This document shows, piece after piece, positions 37,401-50,979 of a DNA stretch of 64,000 nt (position 1 is the stretch's first letter; each line of letters begins with the position of its first letter). The notes beneath the pieces were generated by a model, which was not told where the DNA came from, ran no database searches, and saw only the letters and a list, made by a program, of their open reading frames with translations. Location: assembly GCF_902652985.1 (NCBI RefSeq), contig NC_047022.1, positions 29,140,001 to 29,204,000 of the forward strand. Reading direction: 5' to 3'. The stretch is from Pecten maximus (taxonomy: Eukaryota). The translations under genes and the position numbers were made by a program.

Positions 37401-40400
37401 CTTTCAACTTCCAATGCATTGTGCTTTGTGCCTTCTGGCTATTACCATCTTTAAAATTACTTTCCACGGATTTTAGATGTTTAAATGCAAAATATGTAGG
37501 TGGTGTATTGCAACCGATCAAACACTATTGTTTTAATTTGAACTAAAATTTCTAAAATAATCCAAAAGCTTAGAGTTACTAACTCACGTATATATACCCG
37601 TATTTACATCCGTCCTGGATAACAAAAATCCTCTTACCCTTTATCAGTGGTATACAAAATGATATCAGTTATCTACACTATTGATTTGCAATTTATTTCA
37701 TAGAAAGACCTCGATTGTAAATCAAAATATTAAATTGTTCACAGAAAATATCTTTGAAGACAAGTCAAACACAACGAATTACGACAAGAGGGAGAGGGCG
37801 CGGTTGTACAAGTTAGTACAGTTAGATAGAAAACTGTTGTTGTCCGCTCGCGCCCTTCTCATTCAGGCTGCATACATAACTATTCTAGCGGTAATATGTG
37901 CCCACAACTCTGTTTGGACATCTTATCTTCAGAACAAGTCTTTGGAGAAACGTCTGACTCCGACTTATCGGGTAAGTGTGCTGGTGAATTGCATGCTAAC
38001 CTGAACTGTACTTCCTACGTCATGGTGTGCGCAATTGATTGGTATTACTTTGTAGTTTTTTGTCATTCCTGCTTCGTAAGTAAATACATTGTATTCACTT
38101 AGACGAATACCAGTATTACTTGTTAAATGTCAAACAGGGTAATAAATAAAAGTGTTCATTAGATAATTTTTTAGTTTGATTAACTTTGTTATATAATAGT
38201 TTTTGTTGAAAAATCCCAATGAAACAATTACTATATTACAAATGTCAATAAAACAAATGAAAACAATTGTAATATCAAATAGGAAAACAGTTATATATTT
38301 TGCTGAAGGTTTTTTTACGCGGTTCAATATAAAGTTTACAATACTAACTATAATAATATGTCAAGGCTGTTAAATTGCGTTTGTATCACAGATCAATTCG
38401 ACAGACGACATATGGGCGTGGCTTCGTGGACGATTTGCTGACGCATTGTATCCAAAACTGTTTTACAATGGTGATGTAAGGCTGAATGAATCCCGATATT
38501 ACATGTCCGATGACGTCAGTTACCGCATGGGTTTGGCTAGGATTCGACAAATGCGTGTTAAAGGTTGGTGTCCTCATCATCAACAAAAACTGCAATGCTC
38601 CGAAATGTTTGAATTTATGATCACCACATGTATCAACTCATCATTTTCTTAATGATTTACTGAATAGAGGTGTGGGGAAATTTCGCCGATATGGCGATTA
38701 GGTGTCTAAATCATTTTCTGTGTAACATAAATAATTTTATGAACATCTATGAATATACAAAACTTTGATGTTAATATACTTATAACAAACAGTTTTACCA
38801 TTTGATAGTAAAATATTTTCTGAAATTAACTTAAAATCAGTAAAAACAGATTTCAAAACACCGTTTTTCCTAATTATCTGATTTAGTCCATAAAATGTTG
38901 CTAGGCCCCCTCATACACCTCATGATATTGTGACGTCAAAATGTGTTTCGCCATATAGATAAGGAGCCGTCTCTTTAGTAGGAATTCAAAGAATTGCATC
39001 CTCAGTTTTATATCGCACTAATAGATCTATCTAGCGTCATTTTCAAAGTAATTATTTAGATGAAGATGAACGACAATCGGAGTAATAAATAAGTATTTTA
39101 TAGGAATTAGACCAGGTGGATTTTAAAGACCCCTTTGGCCATTTTAATCGTGTGAATAGTTTCACCGGGAATATACATATATTTCATGTTTAAAAAAAAG
39201 TATGACCTGATATCCACGGAGATATGGAACTAGTTTAATTGTGAGGTTTATGCGTCATTTTCAATACTTTAACATTATGTTTTGCACTTTGTATTTTTCT
39301 GACTTTTCTGCTGGATTTCCACACTTTGTTCTCAAGCATCACCAACAAAATCTGTATATATTAATGTGTTTTAATTATAATTCGGCATTCATTAAATCCA
39401 TGTTTGTATACATTGGTATTCATTGGTGATCTTCTATACAATTCTTTAGTTTGTTTGTTTGTGTTGATATATACAAGGTGTAATGTTTATTGAAATATGA
39501 TACATGTAGTTATGTGATATTTCGATATGTTATATATCTTTTTAATAGTTCTCCTTTTTAATAAATCGCTGAAACTGATGATTTCTTTTACAAATATTTA
39601 TTTTAATGTTCTTTGCACAATTTGTATAAAACATATCAGGTTATATAACGTTAAAACGACCATAGTATTGTACATTTACAGGGAAGTGCGACATTCCGTC
39701 ACTGCTACAGGGTCTCATATATACATGTCCTCCAGAGTATTCGGCTGCGAGCATGGAAAAGACTCACTTTTGTGAAGGTAACTATAACAAAATACTCTGT
39801 ATTAAAGTACATGAAGGGTAGGATAAGGTCATCGTCGGTAGCCTACGTTCCACTGTACTGTCGATTATCGAAGAGACACGTAATGATACTACTGCGGGCT
39901 ACCGAGGATGAGATAAGGTCTCGTATATCAGTTATTCGTCCCATAATGGTGGTGGTTCAGTCAAAATGTCGTAAGAATTATCAAATATTATTTCATAACT
40001 TTAAAAGTTTTGAAACATTCTGGTTAAAATACAACACTATAGCATATTATGCATTACGCGTTACATTCAAGGTTGTAAAAGGGTTTCTACAATATAGGCA
40101 TTATATGATTAAAAACTAATATTAATTACATGTGGTATATTGTTATAACACATAATGATTGATTGTTCTGGATAGAATCACTAGAAACTGCAACACTAGA
40201 AATCAATACGCTGTGCATTCATTATTGTCGGTAAACTAGTCCATATACACAACTTTCAGTATTGGTATTTGCGATATCAATATTTGGATTGCACACAAAG
40301 TAACACGTTTTAATGCTCTCTCTACACCAATGGATTTTTGTTTAGAAGGTAATTTACATGAACAAATTGACCTAACAAACAACTACCTATGAGTAATGTA

Positions 40401-43400
40401 TCTTGCCGGTTAGTTTGGCCTGTAAGGTCGTGGGGTTCAATGATGTCAGTGTAAATATTGTATCATTACGTTGCAGTCTTTTGTTTTAATTCATCTGTAT
40501 GTAGGGAGTGGCGTCTTCTCTAATATGAGTGAAGTGATATTCAACCGAGTCTAAACTATGTTGGGTTGTAATATTATTAGTCCCCTGCCGACGTACAAGC
40601 TCCTTTATATTTTTGACAACCTACTTATTTTCACAAGAGAATATATCTGCTGGTGCAATGTTTATAAAGGGAAGATAAAAGAAATACACATTTACCGATC
40701 AAATACAGGGACTTGTATTAAATAGGTATTGGGCAGCACAACCGAGTGGCTAATGACACAATAATGTACATGTGCAAGTACCTGTCATTGTAGGTAGGAC
40801 TTGAACTCTGTAATACTCTTATCACTTGAATTGCCATTAATGAAGTTATATGCTTAATTTAATATAAACAATATAACACATTATTCTAAGACAATGGTGG
40901 AAATCAGTGTAAATACCTCCAGCTGCTTGATACTAAATAATTAAATGTTCATGGGCAGGCGTGGGCAAAACAATTAACGATTCGTCGGTTAAGATGTATT
41001 TTGACTACGTTGGTACTAATACTTCCTTAATTATACCAGAACCAGGGATAACGAAAAATTCCAGTGCTCCTCTGCAAGTTACTTTCAATTATTTACCATT
41101 AACTAAATTTTAATCTTATGTAACTATCCATTCAGGTTGGACGGACTATAATCCAAAGAAATGCAACGGCAGTGAATGGACGTTTAAAGGTGAGGATGAG
41201 ATCGATTCCATGTCCATATTCGGTGACCATGATATCTATGGCGGAGGAGGATATGTGAAGTTACTCGACCAATCAGTGAAGGAGATAAGAAACGATTTGT
41301 ACGCCATGCAAGCCTACGGTTGGATAGACCGTTTTACTCGACTTGTTGTTATAGAATTCGTTGTATACAACCCAGATTCCAAACTGTTTTCATTACCAAC
41401 GTTAATCATAGAAATGCCTCAAACTGGCGGATATTATCCGACAGTTAGAATAAAGACGGCACGGTTGTACCCATATATAGACTCGTTTGACTACCTTGTT
41501 CTCGGATTACAACTTCTCTTCCTGGTTGTCACGTTTTGTCGCTTCTTACATTTGATTTATACGACATGGCAGATTGGTCGGCGCTGTTTCTCGCAAATCA
41601 GTCAGTGGGTGTACCTCATCAGCATCATGACGTCAGTAGCAGCCATTGTGTTCTACATTGTACGCATAGACAGGACAATCTATACTATAGAAGAATTATT
41701 TAATTCAAGCGGTGAGTAAAGATAAATGTATCATTTACAACATGTCATCGTTCTGTCGATATCTATGAATCAGATCACTTTTCATACATATAGGATCTTA
41801 ATGACTTTTTATTTCATAACGATTTTTGTAAGTAGTCTTCGATTAAAAAAATGCGTTCCTTAGAAAGCAAACGGTAAAATATGATATTAAATGAAAGTAA
41901 CGGTAATATATTTTTAATGCATTATTGAGAAAACTTACATTTTGACAGTTATAAAGTCAAAATGCTGAAAACAAAATCAAGCCTAAGTAGCCATTTTGTT
42001 GTGCCATTTTTAATATATGGCCTAACGCCATTTTCTATATCATATTTACATTTACACTGCAGCCCCACTAATAACTTTACCATAACTTCCAAATCTTTAT
42101 TATGACGTCATTATTATAGTGCCGTCATAATTGTAACGTCGGCGATAACGAAAGATGGCTGTTGAAAAGGCTGTTCCGGCTTTGACGATAATAATTTGTT
42201 CATTCATCGTAGAACCAAAATTCCTGGATATAGACTTTAAAAATCGTTGTCAAATGTAAATATAAGCATTAAACTGCTTTCATTTGGAAGTTATGGGCTG
42301 ATGAATGCCAACTGGACAAAGGCAAATTCAACATGAAACGCTAGCGCGCTTCATTGAATTTGCCTTTGTCCAGTTGGCATTCATCAGCCCATAACTTCCA
42401 AATGAAAGCAGTTCAATGCTTTAATAACATCACTTCACAAATTGACTAGCACAGCCAATGGAAAACGCTCCAGACATTTGCAAAATATTACAAATACCTG
42501 GAAAATAGGCCGATTATGTGGTACAATAGGATACGGCAGATGTCGTAGAAGCTGAGTTACACTCTTAAACCCTGTATGCTATACATTAATACCCGACGTG
42601 GGAAATCTTAAATCAGAGTTTAATATGAAACTTCCGAAGTTCAATATCATCGCCACTAAAAGTCGTTGGTTTAAAATACCGTTGAATTTCAAGTATATTC
42701 AATGTCTCTAAAGTTTAATAATTCATAAATGCAAATGTTTAGATTAGCTTGCCTGTTGCTGTTGTGGAAAATTGATTTCCACATACATAAATTACCTATA
42801 CCGCATCCAAGGTGATAACAAAAGTTGATTCTAGGAATCAGACCAGGTGATTTTTACAGACCCCACATGGATATTTTGTCCGAATCCAATGAACATTAAA
42901 TCAAAGCGATATTTGATATTTTCGCCAAGTCGTATACAAGACCATGTCGTTTCGAATATACGCAACTCTTATGAAATGCATCAACTCATTTTGCAGGCGA
43001 GTTCGTGACCTTTGATATAGTGGATGCCATGGACACTGCATATAAGGTGTGTGTCAGTGCGGAGTTGTTTGTGGCAGTGCTGGACTTATTGCGGCCTCTT
43101 ACATTCAATCACAACATCTATTTAATGAGGACATCTGTTTCTGTGTGCGCCAAAGATCTCCTGTCCTTTGGATTGTGTATTATGGTCCCGATGGTTGGTT
43201 TTGCAATTCTCTGCTTCGTTTGTGTAGGACCGTATCAAATGGAATTTAGGAACTTTGTAGCCGCCTTTATTACATTGTTTCGGACGTTATTAGCAATGGT
43301 CAAAATTAAGGACACTTTTGGGGAGCGTGACATCGGTATCAGCTTTGTCTTTTCAGTTTTTCTATTTGTTATGACCATACTTATGGTGAACTTTTGTATC

Positions 43401-44850
43401 GGTATCTTAAACAACGCGTTCAGTCATGTAAAAAACAACAAACCGATGCATGCTGATGTCGAAGTATACGACATGGATCTCCACAAACACTTCTGGCGCA
43501 AGATAAATGATATCCTAAAAATATTTGAACGAAAACCGAGAAAAAACAATTATAAGGAGGAAGGTGAGTAAAAGGGTGATGTTTAATGTTCTCCGAATTT
43601 CTCGGAAAATGTTATTGGTGTTATCTAGTTTTGATGACAAGGAAATCATGTTGGAAATCGATGATTGCTATTTCATGATATCTTGGATCATTAAATTTTA
43701 ATCATTAATTATATATACAGGTTTTATGTCAACGTTTGAAGACAAATAAAGTGTTACATTCCATCAGTTTCAAAAACACCGAAAGAGATAACATCCGAAA
43801 ACGTTAGATTTCATCCTGGTGATGTAAACAGAAAACATATATTACAAAGAAGTTCTTTTATAAAAATTAAATTATTGTCTTTATTTTTTAGACTTCGCTG
43901 GAGTACTTGGTTTGTCAATGACTCTAGACAATCAGGTTAGTACGTATAGCTTTGTAGTCAATCTATCTCTTCATATTGTATTAATATAACATTGAAATAA
44001 TAACTCTGTGTATATAAATGTATTAAGAAAAGTAAGAGCACTCGGTGATTTTGTAAAATTATTGTAAAATCATTCCTGTTGTTGAAGATTAAGTTTCTTA
44101 ACGAAGAGTTAATAAAACATATTTCTACCGTTCTAAACAGATCTTCAAACTTGTGAGTCATTTGGAGCGTGCCTACCACAACGAAAACAACTTTAAAACG
44201 AAATACAATGCTGTGAGTATTTTACATATATTGGAATGTGTGTTATTATCATGATATTGATGCGATTAATTTTGAAATGATCTGAAACTAAACTGATTTT
44301 CTTCACATTTTGAAATTGATCAATAATTTAAGAAAAGATGATTCTGTGTATCTGGCTTGACATTCTGTATAAAACCCTATCATAACATTAAAAGCGTTAT
44401 TACTCTTTATTTGCTTTAAATACAAACAGAAATCAGTCCCGTGTCAGCATACAACCACACACTCAAAATTGATTTCGATAACAGGATTATTGATACTTCA
44501 AAACAGAAGAAATGACAAATCTTGCGGTTAGATAATGGGTCTAAAATTGAATATTTGATATTTTGACTTTGGCTTATCCGAAACGGGCGTTTTGTTAACG
44601 TTGGTATATTAATTAATTTAGAATATATAACCTTCCTGGAAAAAAAATAGTCTTTTTCTAAATATTGCAGATGGTGAAGAACTTACCCAAAAAATACCAT
44701 AGGAAAACAGGTCCTTTTGGATACGAGAACACATTCTACCAGTCGCCATTCGACGACATCCAAGAGGAAGGTTACGTCGATGGACAGTCAGAAGATTATA
44801 ATTCCGGGGAAGCCTTTGAAACTTCGTTTGATTATATCGTGGATAGTTAG
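25474..44850 (+). CDS. Polycystin-1 family (PKD1-like/PKD1L2-like) 11-TM receptor-channel subunit, about 1721 aa, 23 coding exons
   Basis: Hand-spliced GT-AG exons, all phase-compatible: 25474-25485, 26073-26127, 26572-26711, 27048-27135, 27790-27884, 28918-29154, 29891-30025, 30598-30970, 31304-31951, 32485-32588, 33134-33373, 35116-35286, 35617-35771, 35981-36617, 37236-37377, 37745-37971, 38392-38563, 39682-39777, 41136-41711, 42997-43563, 43892-43935, 44141-44212, 44671-44850 (5166 nt). Signal peptide MRMHVFACYFLSVFISTCRC, PLAT domain, SRFTRVQR motif, TOP motifs RIRQMRV and YGGGGY, channel helices. The first two and last three exons are less certain. Confidence 0.88.
27846..28060 (+). repeat. 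~56-bp minisatellite, about 4 copies, spanning an exon end and 5' splice site
   Basis: Unit CCAACAACCCTACCGACTGTTCCATCGACAGCTCTAAG|GTAAAAACAATTACACCA. Confidence 0.9.
31304..31951 (+). CDS. VWA-domain exon of the PKD1-like gene (symmetric phase 1-1, 648 nt)
   Basis: C...QMSFIIVKSE...DFDIAINFVKKMI...TQFSLHTF...TALYNM...QIVLVITDG...LNGLRSMNVTIMAAGYG...C follows the VWA pattern. Confidence 0.8.
33134..33373 (+). CDS. PKD1-like exon: end of GPS, stalk and TM1
   Basis: NFLGTFGSNVFVIPPDVINFDTLF...TPYVLAVNVGCLSLMVVLMIFLRYFDSKD. Confidence 0.9.
33659..34279. mobile_element. Non-autonomous hairpin-ended element (Crypton-like) in a PKD1-like intron
   Basis: Termini ATATAGAG...CTCTATAT. ~60-bp-arm hairpin at 34123-34268 with GCGAAGC in the loop. 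Shorter hairpin TATTTTCACTGC...GCAGTGAAAATA near the left end. Confidence 0.6.
35116..35771 (+). CDS. PKD1-like PLAT-domain exons (35116-35286, 35617-35771)
   Basis: YYLSFYTG...IILKGSKG...LGQLSEIKVWHDEQGDSPSWYLEKVLVYD. Confidence 0.92.
35311..35524. mobile_element. Harbinger-type MITE with CTG TSD in the PLAT intron
   Basis: CTG|AGCCGAATTGTTCAAAAGGTGA ... TCACCTTTTGAACAACCGGCC|CTG. TIR is related to that of the 6809-8186 element. Confidence 0.75.
35981..36617 (+). CDS. PKD1-like exon: PLAT end and TM2-TM5
   Basis: FLCGQWLA...DDYLWLSLLSRPSASRFTRVQR...NAMWY...LPWWF...FYSIEWG...DPLK. Confidence 0.95.
41136..41711 (+). CDS. PKD1-like exon: TOP (polycystin) domain and S2-S3
   Basis: YGGGGYVKLL...GWIDRFTRLVVIEFVVYNPDSKLFS. 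Confidence 0.95.
42264..42421. repeat. Near-perfect inverted repeat with ~67-bp arms, probably the end of a hairpin-type transposon
   Basis: AAGCATTAAACTGCTTTCATTTGGAAGTTATGGGCTGATGAATGCCAACTGGACAAAGGCAAATTCAA and its reverse complement. Extra CATAACTTCCAAAT copy at ~42081. Confidence 0.9.
42997..43563 (+). CDS. PKD1-like exon: S4-S6 channel region
   Basis: LLRPLTFNHNI...KDLLSF...FRNFVAAFITLFRTLL...TILMVNFCIGILNNAF. Confidence 0.95.
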
Positions 44851-45379
44851 AATGATGATTTCTTAAATAACTATGTATACCCATGAAACTACGCTGTCCA
44901 TTATAATTTAACAAGGTTCATCCAGTGATATTTTACAAGCTGTATAAATCACGATTCTGGTACAATTAAACAGAAGTAAATTGACAAATGGTTAGTATAT
45001 ATGTATCATGGCTAACGAAAAGTCTTGCTGTTGACATCTAATTTGTTAAACTTTGTTAAAATGAAAGTTTCAGGAGAACACAGTTAGCTCATGTGGATTA
45101 CGTATATTGCATAAAATAACCATGCCTTTATGCTCACAAGTGTCTTTAGTAGGTAGTGTTAGCTTTCGATTGTCCGCAAATAACGATATATTCTATTTTG
45201 ACCTTAAAATCCAATGGCGGCTGTCAATAATACAAACAATAATGTCATATAGGGAAACATTTTAATAATCGAAAACGTTATAATTAGATACTATGAAGAA
45301 TTTTGAACATACAAAATGTAGCAAGAAGCCCATATTTAGGAAAGATAGTTCAACCGCATCAATGAAACTTTATATGTAT

Positions 45380-46620
45380 CAGATTGATTTTGAAAAAATA
45401 TCTGTTTTAAAAGTCGATAATGATAAAACTAAACTTCTATGAAAGGTCAGAAAAAAAATCAGTGCAGGTGTGTACCATCACTGATGGAAACTAAACTGGG
45501 GGAAACGAAATTCAATTTACTCGGTCTTGATTTTTCAGCTAAGAAATTGTTATGATGAATTATTTTTAAGCTCTGAAAAATATAAAGAGCAGTATAAGGC
45601 AGTGTTCACGGGGAACTCCAACACCTCTTGGAACGATAGTAGCATTTAAAACAATCGTTATACCAAAACTAAACCATCTGTTTATATCTATTCCCCTGAC
45701 AATGCCTTCATACAACAATTGAATAATGTTTTCTTTAATTTCATTTGGCAATCACAAGTTGACAAAATAAAAAAAAGTACTATTGTTCAAAATTATGCAA
45801 ATGGCGGCCTGAAGATGAATGCTATATCAAAAATGATTTTAAGTCTAAAGTCTAGATGGTTGCGAAGACTACTTAAGAACAGCTGCAAATATTGGATACA
45901 TATTTTTGACACCCTTTCTGCAAATATATCAGACCTTGGTACTGATTTAAAAAAAAATGAACTGATAATAATTTTTAGAAAAATGTTTTCAGAAGCAGCA
46001 CAGGAACAAGCTTTTCATGAATTCTTAAGTCTTCCGATTTGGTATAACTCAAATTTCTGTATTGAAAACAAATCTTTTTTTTTAAACAGAAACTTGTTTA
46101 ACAATTGTGTCGGAAATATGTGATTGACTAGATCAGGAGAATACTTTTTTATCCTTCATGTATTTTAAACAGAAATGTATAGAATCAGAAAACTTCTTGC
46201 TTCATCAGAGTATATTCTTAATGACAGAAAATACGATAGAAAGACCATTTATACCAAGTCGTATTTATATTTTATCAAACAATAGTAAAGGATGTAAGAA
46301 CACGTATACATGCAAGTGTGATTAAAAAAACTAAATGTTGAATAAAATCCGAACAAAAATGGAAACAGCATGATGCCATGAAAAAACAAGAATATTTGAT
46401 TAAACTAGTAAAAGAACTGATTTTAGATTAGAAACATTACTTTTTGGAGATACCAGCTGATTTCCATTACTTATTAATTTCCTTGTACTGTACGTAATTT
46501 TTTTTATATATACTCTGTGTCAATAAATAAAGGCAGAGTCTTGAAGGTTAGAATGAGTTTTTGGCATTCAAATATGTAATTGATGAACTATGGATTGAAT
46601 GGAAAGATATGTTCTAATTT
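45380..46620 (+). mobile_element. Decayed Tx1/L1-clade LINE ORF2 fragment
   Basis: TPLGTIVAFKTIVIPKLNHLFISIP; FFNFIWQSQVDKIKKSTIVQNYANGGLKM...SLKSRWLRRLL; LPIWYNS. Multiple frameshifts. Confidence 0.85.
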
Positions 46621-49600
46621 TTTTTTTTACTTCTGTTGTAGTGCACAAATGGATAAGTGGGTGATAGTTTGATTACAATCCAGTATTATGTAATCTAATC
46701 AAAGTCACATTATGTCAAATTGAGTGAAAAACTTGTTTTATTTCCACCTTATCTACATATGTGGTAGACTATAACTTCCATTATTGTAATTGATCAAATT
46801 TACATAAATATGTGAAAAAATATAAACATCTATATTCTAAAAGCATGTTCCCTAGCTATATAGGTTATCGGACATATATCCCTACTGGTATTCATTTGTG
46901 TATTACAACAATAGAATCCATATACATGATTTCGTATTTTTAGATCTTGTATGTCAACCTATTTGTGGTGTGAATGTATAATGTGCATAATGATGTGTTT
47001 TTAGTTTTTGATTTTCGTTCTGTTTCTGCCTTGAAATGTTTTGTTCTCAATATTACCTGTACTGAGCATGTAGTCATTGATAAATTATATTACATTATTT
47101 AGCACTTGAATTTTTCCTCCTTTTTACACTTGAAAGTTAAAATATTTCAAAATCTACTCATCTTATCTTTTGAAACTTGATAAAACTAAATTATCATGGT
47201 AATTCAAATGCCCTTTTCATTGAACAGTTTATCAAAAGTTACTTCCCCTTACATATTATGGTAGAATCTAGAGAATATGTGTTCTTCATGCATAACTTTT
47301 TTTTTTAATTTTTTTATTTCAGCCTTTTCAACAATGATTTTAATTTCTCATACTATAATATTGTTCGGGGGTTAAAACCAGCATGCAGGGCACCCCCCAC
47401 CTGGCGATCCCTATCAACCATTGTTAAAAATATATTTACGACGTGTATCTTAATGAAAAAGTAACAATAATTTCAAAATGTAAATAATTTAAAGAAAACT
47501 GATGCTTGTAACTTGAAGTTATCTTATATAAGCCGGCGAGTAGCTACATATCTTAATCATGATATTCTAATTTGTTTTAATACAGTTTTAGATTTGAGAG
47601 AGAATATAAGGCATATTTAATGTTTACACACAATGTTTTCGTTAGTAAGCTTATATAACGAGCACACAACGGAAATGTAAATATTGTTCTTTGATTTTTT
47701 GTCTCTATTTATGGTATTAAAGATCCTGTTTCTACTTATATAAGGCATTTTTATCAGATGATATGTTTTCTTATTATATGAAAGTACGGTTAAGTCATCA
47801 CATGGTATCAAAACATGCCTTACTATGATAGATGCAATGACCTCCAGTTGTTATTTTGATCATAAAAGCTAATCCAATTAAAACCAAAGCAATTATGTTT
47901 TCAATTTATTTGATTTGTTTTGATTTTAACACAAAGTCTATACTAAAATTATTTGTGTTATTTGTGTAGATCCGCCAGGAAATCTACATGTAAGTCACTT
48001 TTCTATGATCGTCGATACTGACGGACCCAACTTCCTCATTCGGTTGAGAAAACCGGTCAACGCATACATGTATGTACATGTACATGTTCTGTTGTTGTAT
48101 AATGATATGCCACAGAAAAGATCGAATACTCATATTGAATCACAGTTCACTGGTTAATACATAAAGTATATCAAACACGAAACATCGCAGCATCACGGCG
48201 ATCGAGATCGACATCGATCACACCTAATAGCCTTGAACACGAATGGGATTCCAACGAAAGTTTTGCAGTGGCGTAGTATAGTTTAAAGGAAAATGACTGA
48301 ACAATGCAAATACGGTGTGTTCCATAATATGATAAATATGTGGAAGTAAAAATCTAATTATATGTAAAATTGGAAATCTGATTTCCCCGTTGATATTTTA
48401 AACTACTGTTGAGAAAACCTTTTTTTCTCGGATTCTGACAATTTTGATCACAGACATGTCAAAAGTCGGTCAAGTTACAACCATTTTTATCGGCGAATTA
48501 TACATTTGTTCCTCTTCAGTTTTGACTCAAAATAGAAATTTAGAAATGAAAAAATGGATTATTGAGAGACATTTTAACCGGAAATTTGGTGAGTGGAAAA
48601 GACTCTTTCATTATGTTGGTATTTAGGATAAAGATATTCAACCCTCAGAATAAAAAATGCGCTCAAACCCCCAACAAGCCTCGGAATTCACCTCATTTTG
48701 TCACCCTCATGTGGAACATACACACATACGGTATGAAATAGTCTTCGATAGCATATTACGCGCGAAGAGTAATCGTCGGTCAAGCGGAACAACTCGTACT
48801 ACGTCGTCTGCTTGATTTCACATCTGTCAGTATTCACCGTCGATAACAGTTTTAAAAAGCTGGACTTAAAAAATATATGTATTGAGTAGATACAAGTATC
48901 GCACAAGCAATAAGCCGATTAAGCTCCCCAGTAAAAAGATAAATAAATCTATTAAAGCGAAAATATCACGCCCGAATCTGTACGTAAACAGTCACAGTGG
49001 GACTGCTTAAACCTGCAGCCAAGCAAGCAGTCATCCTTCCATTGATCGTCGTTATCGACGCACTCACACTCGTCATTCCAACATAACAAGAAACGCGGAT
49101 AACACGTATAATCCCATGTCACAGTAAAGATGGATTACACAAATCGTATCACCGTTCGCTGTTTCCCACATGGATTTGGAACCATCACCGTGGATATTAC
49201 CACACATACTCCAACACCGAAACATCACCGCATCTTGGCAATCGAGATCGAAGGTTGAATTATATGCAAAATTGAAAAGATCAGTGCTTAGTTGACTTTT
49301 CAAATTATTTAGATAGAACACGTTTTTCCTCTTATGTTGGCGTTTTGATAACAGACACGTCAAGAGAGGGTTACTGTTTATTTTGCTTCCGAAATATAAT
49401 TCTTTCAGAAATTGGCCATAAAAGAACTGAAATTTATTTGCAATATAAGCAGTTCAAAACAGGGTATGATTTCTTCAGAATAATTATTTTTGATAACATT
49501 CCGAAAAAATAATATCAAAATATATATAAACATTCCGAAAAAATAATATCAAAATATATATAAATTGGATGGTTGAGATATGTTCAATAGAAATGGTAGT

Positions 49601-50979
49601 CATATGTGAGAAAACAACTATATGTGTATGTACAGGGATGTTCCACCCGAGGATCTTTTCGGAAAGTGTGGCACTCTGTCAATACACCCGTACCCTAATG
49701 TACATAATTCTAGTGATCTTATTATTCATTCTTGACAAATGATATCTGCTAATATTTCAACCGTGCTTTGCTCTGATTAATGGTGTATGGTATCTCGCTT
49801 GGAACTATTCCGATTGACAAGACTATAAATATGTACTGATTATTTGAGCCGTAGATAAGCATTTTAACAATACAATAGGTTAACAATAGGTCATTCCGTG
49901 GATGTTTTGAAATGCTGTGTTCGTTTGCGAACGACGCTTTCACTAAAGTCGTTTGAACTTGTCGTTTTAATTCACGTTTTAGGTCATATGTAGCAAAATC
50001 AACACTCGGTATAATAGCACAATCAGACAAAAATGAAGCCGTATACATCACATGACACCTGTAGATATGTTAAAATACACGGACTGTCGAATACGTGTAG
50101 ATTTGCTAGCAGATCTAAGCCAATGTAAGATATTCCTCGTTACAACAAAGGTGGGGTTTCAAAAGGCATAAGAAGCAAATACGATAGCTTGTATTTGCTT
50201 TCGTTAGCCTCTGTAAGTATGCTATAATATCATTTCTTCATTTATTTGAGAAAAAATAATCATAAACATGCTGATAATAACATGTTAGATAGCATACATG
50301 TATATGAAGAAAAGTAGTTACATATTGGAAGACATTAGGAAAAGGGGATACAAATGTGACGGATTTCGAGTAAAACATGCTGTTTTTACAATAAGCGAAA
50401 TTTTCAGTAGGTCAAAAATACAACTTCCGATTGCAGTCCATTCGTTATTATGCGCGTAAAAATATCTTCACACAGTATAAAATACATTACCCAAAAATTA
50501 GTAATTAGGAGTTTTGTGCAAAGAAATTTAAATTGATTGACATTATTGCTATGTAATTTTTAAAGAAAAACGAGCACATGGGAATTTTTTTTTTGCATTG
50601 AAAGATTGTAAAGTAAACCGAAATAAAATGTTTATACCTGTTCGGTTTTATTAGTACACTGAGACTATTATGTCCACTAATAATCCACTAAAAGTGAATT
50701 TTCTACTTTCAAAATATTCCCTGATAAAGTATTAAATGTTCTTACAACTGCCGAATACATTTTCTGTCAAGAACGCTACATGATAGATTCATCTTGTTTT
50801 ACACATTAAACCACCTAATCTGGCATGCAATATGGCTTCCTCTTCCAAGAATCTGATTGGCCATGTCAGTGTTGGTCTACATCGTATTTCTGATTGTCAA
50901 ATTCGACCATACCAGATACATGTACCTGGAAGATTACGGTTGGTAGCGAAACCTACATTACTTAAGGTTTGTCTTTAAC

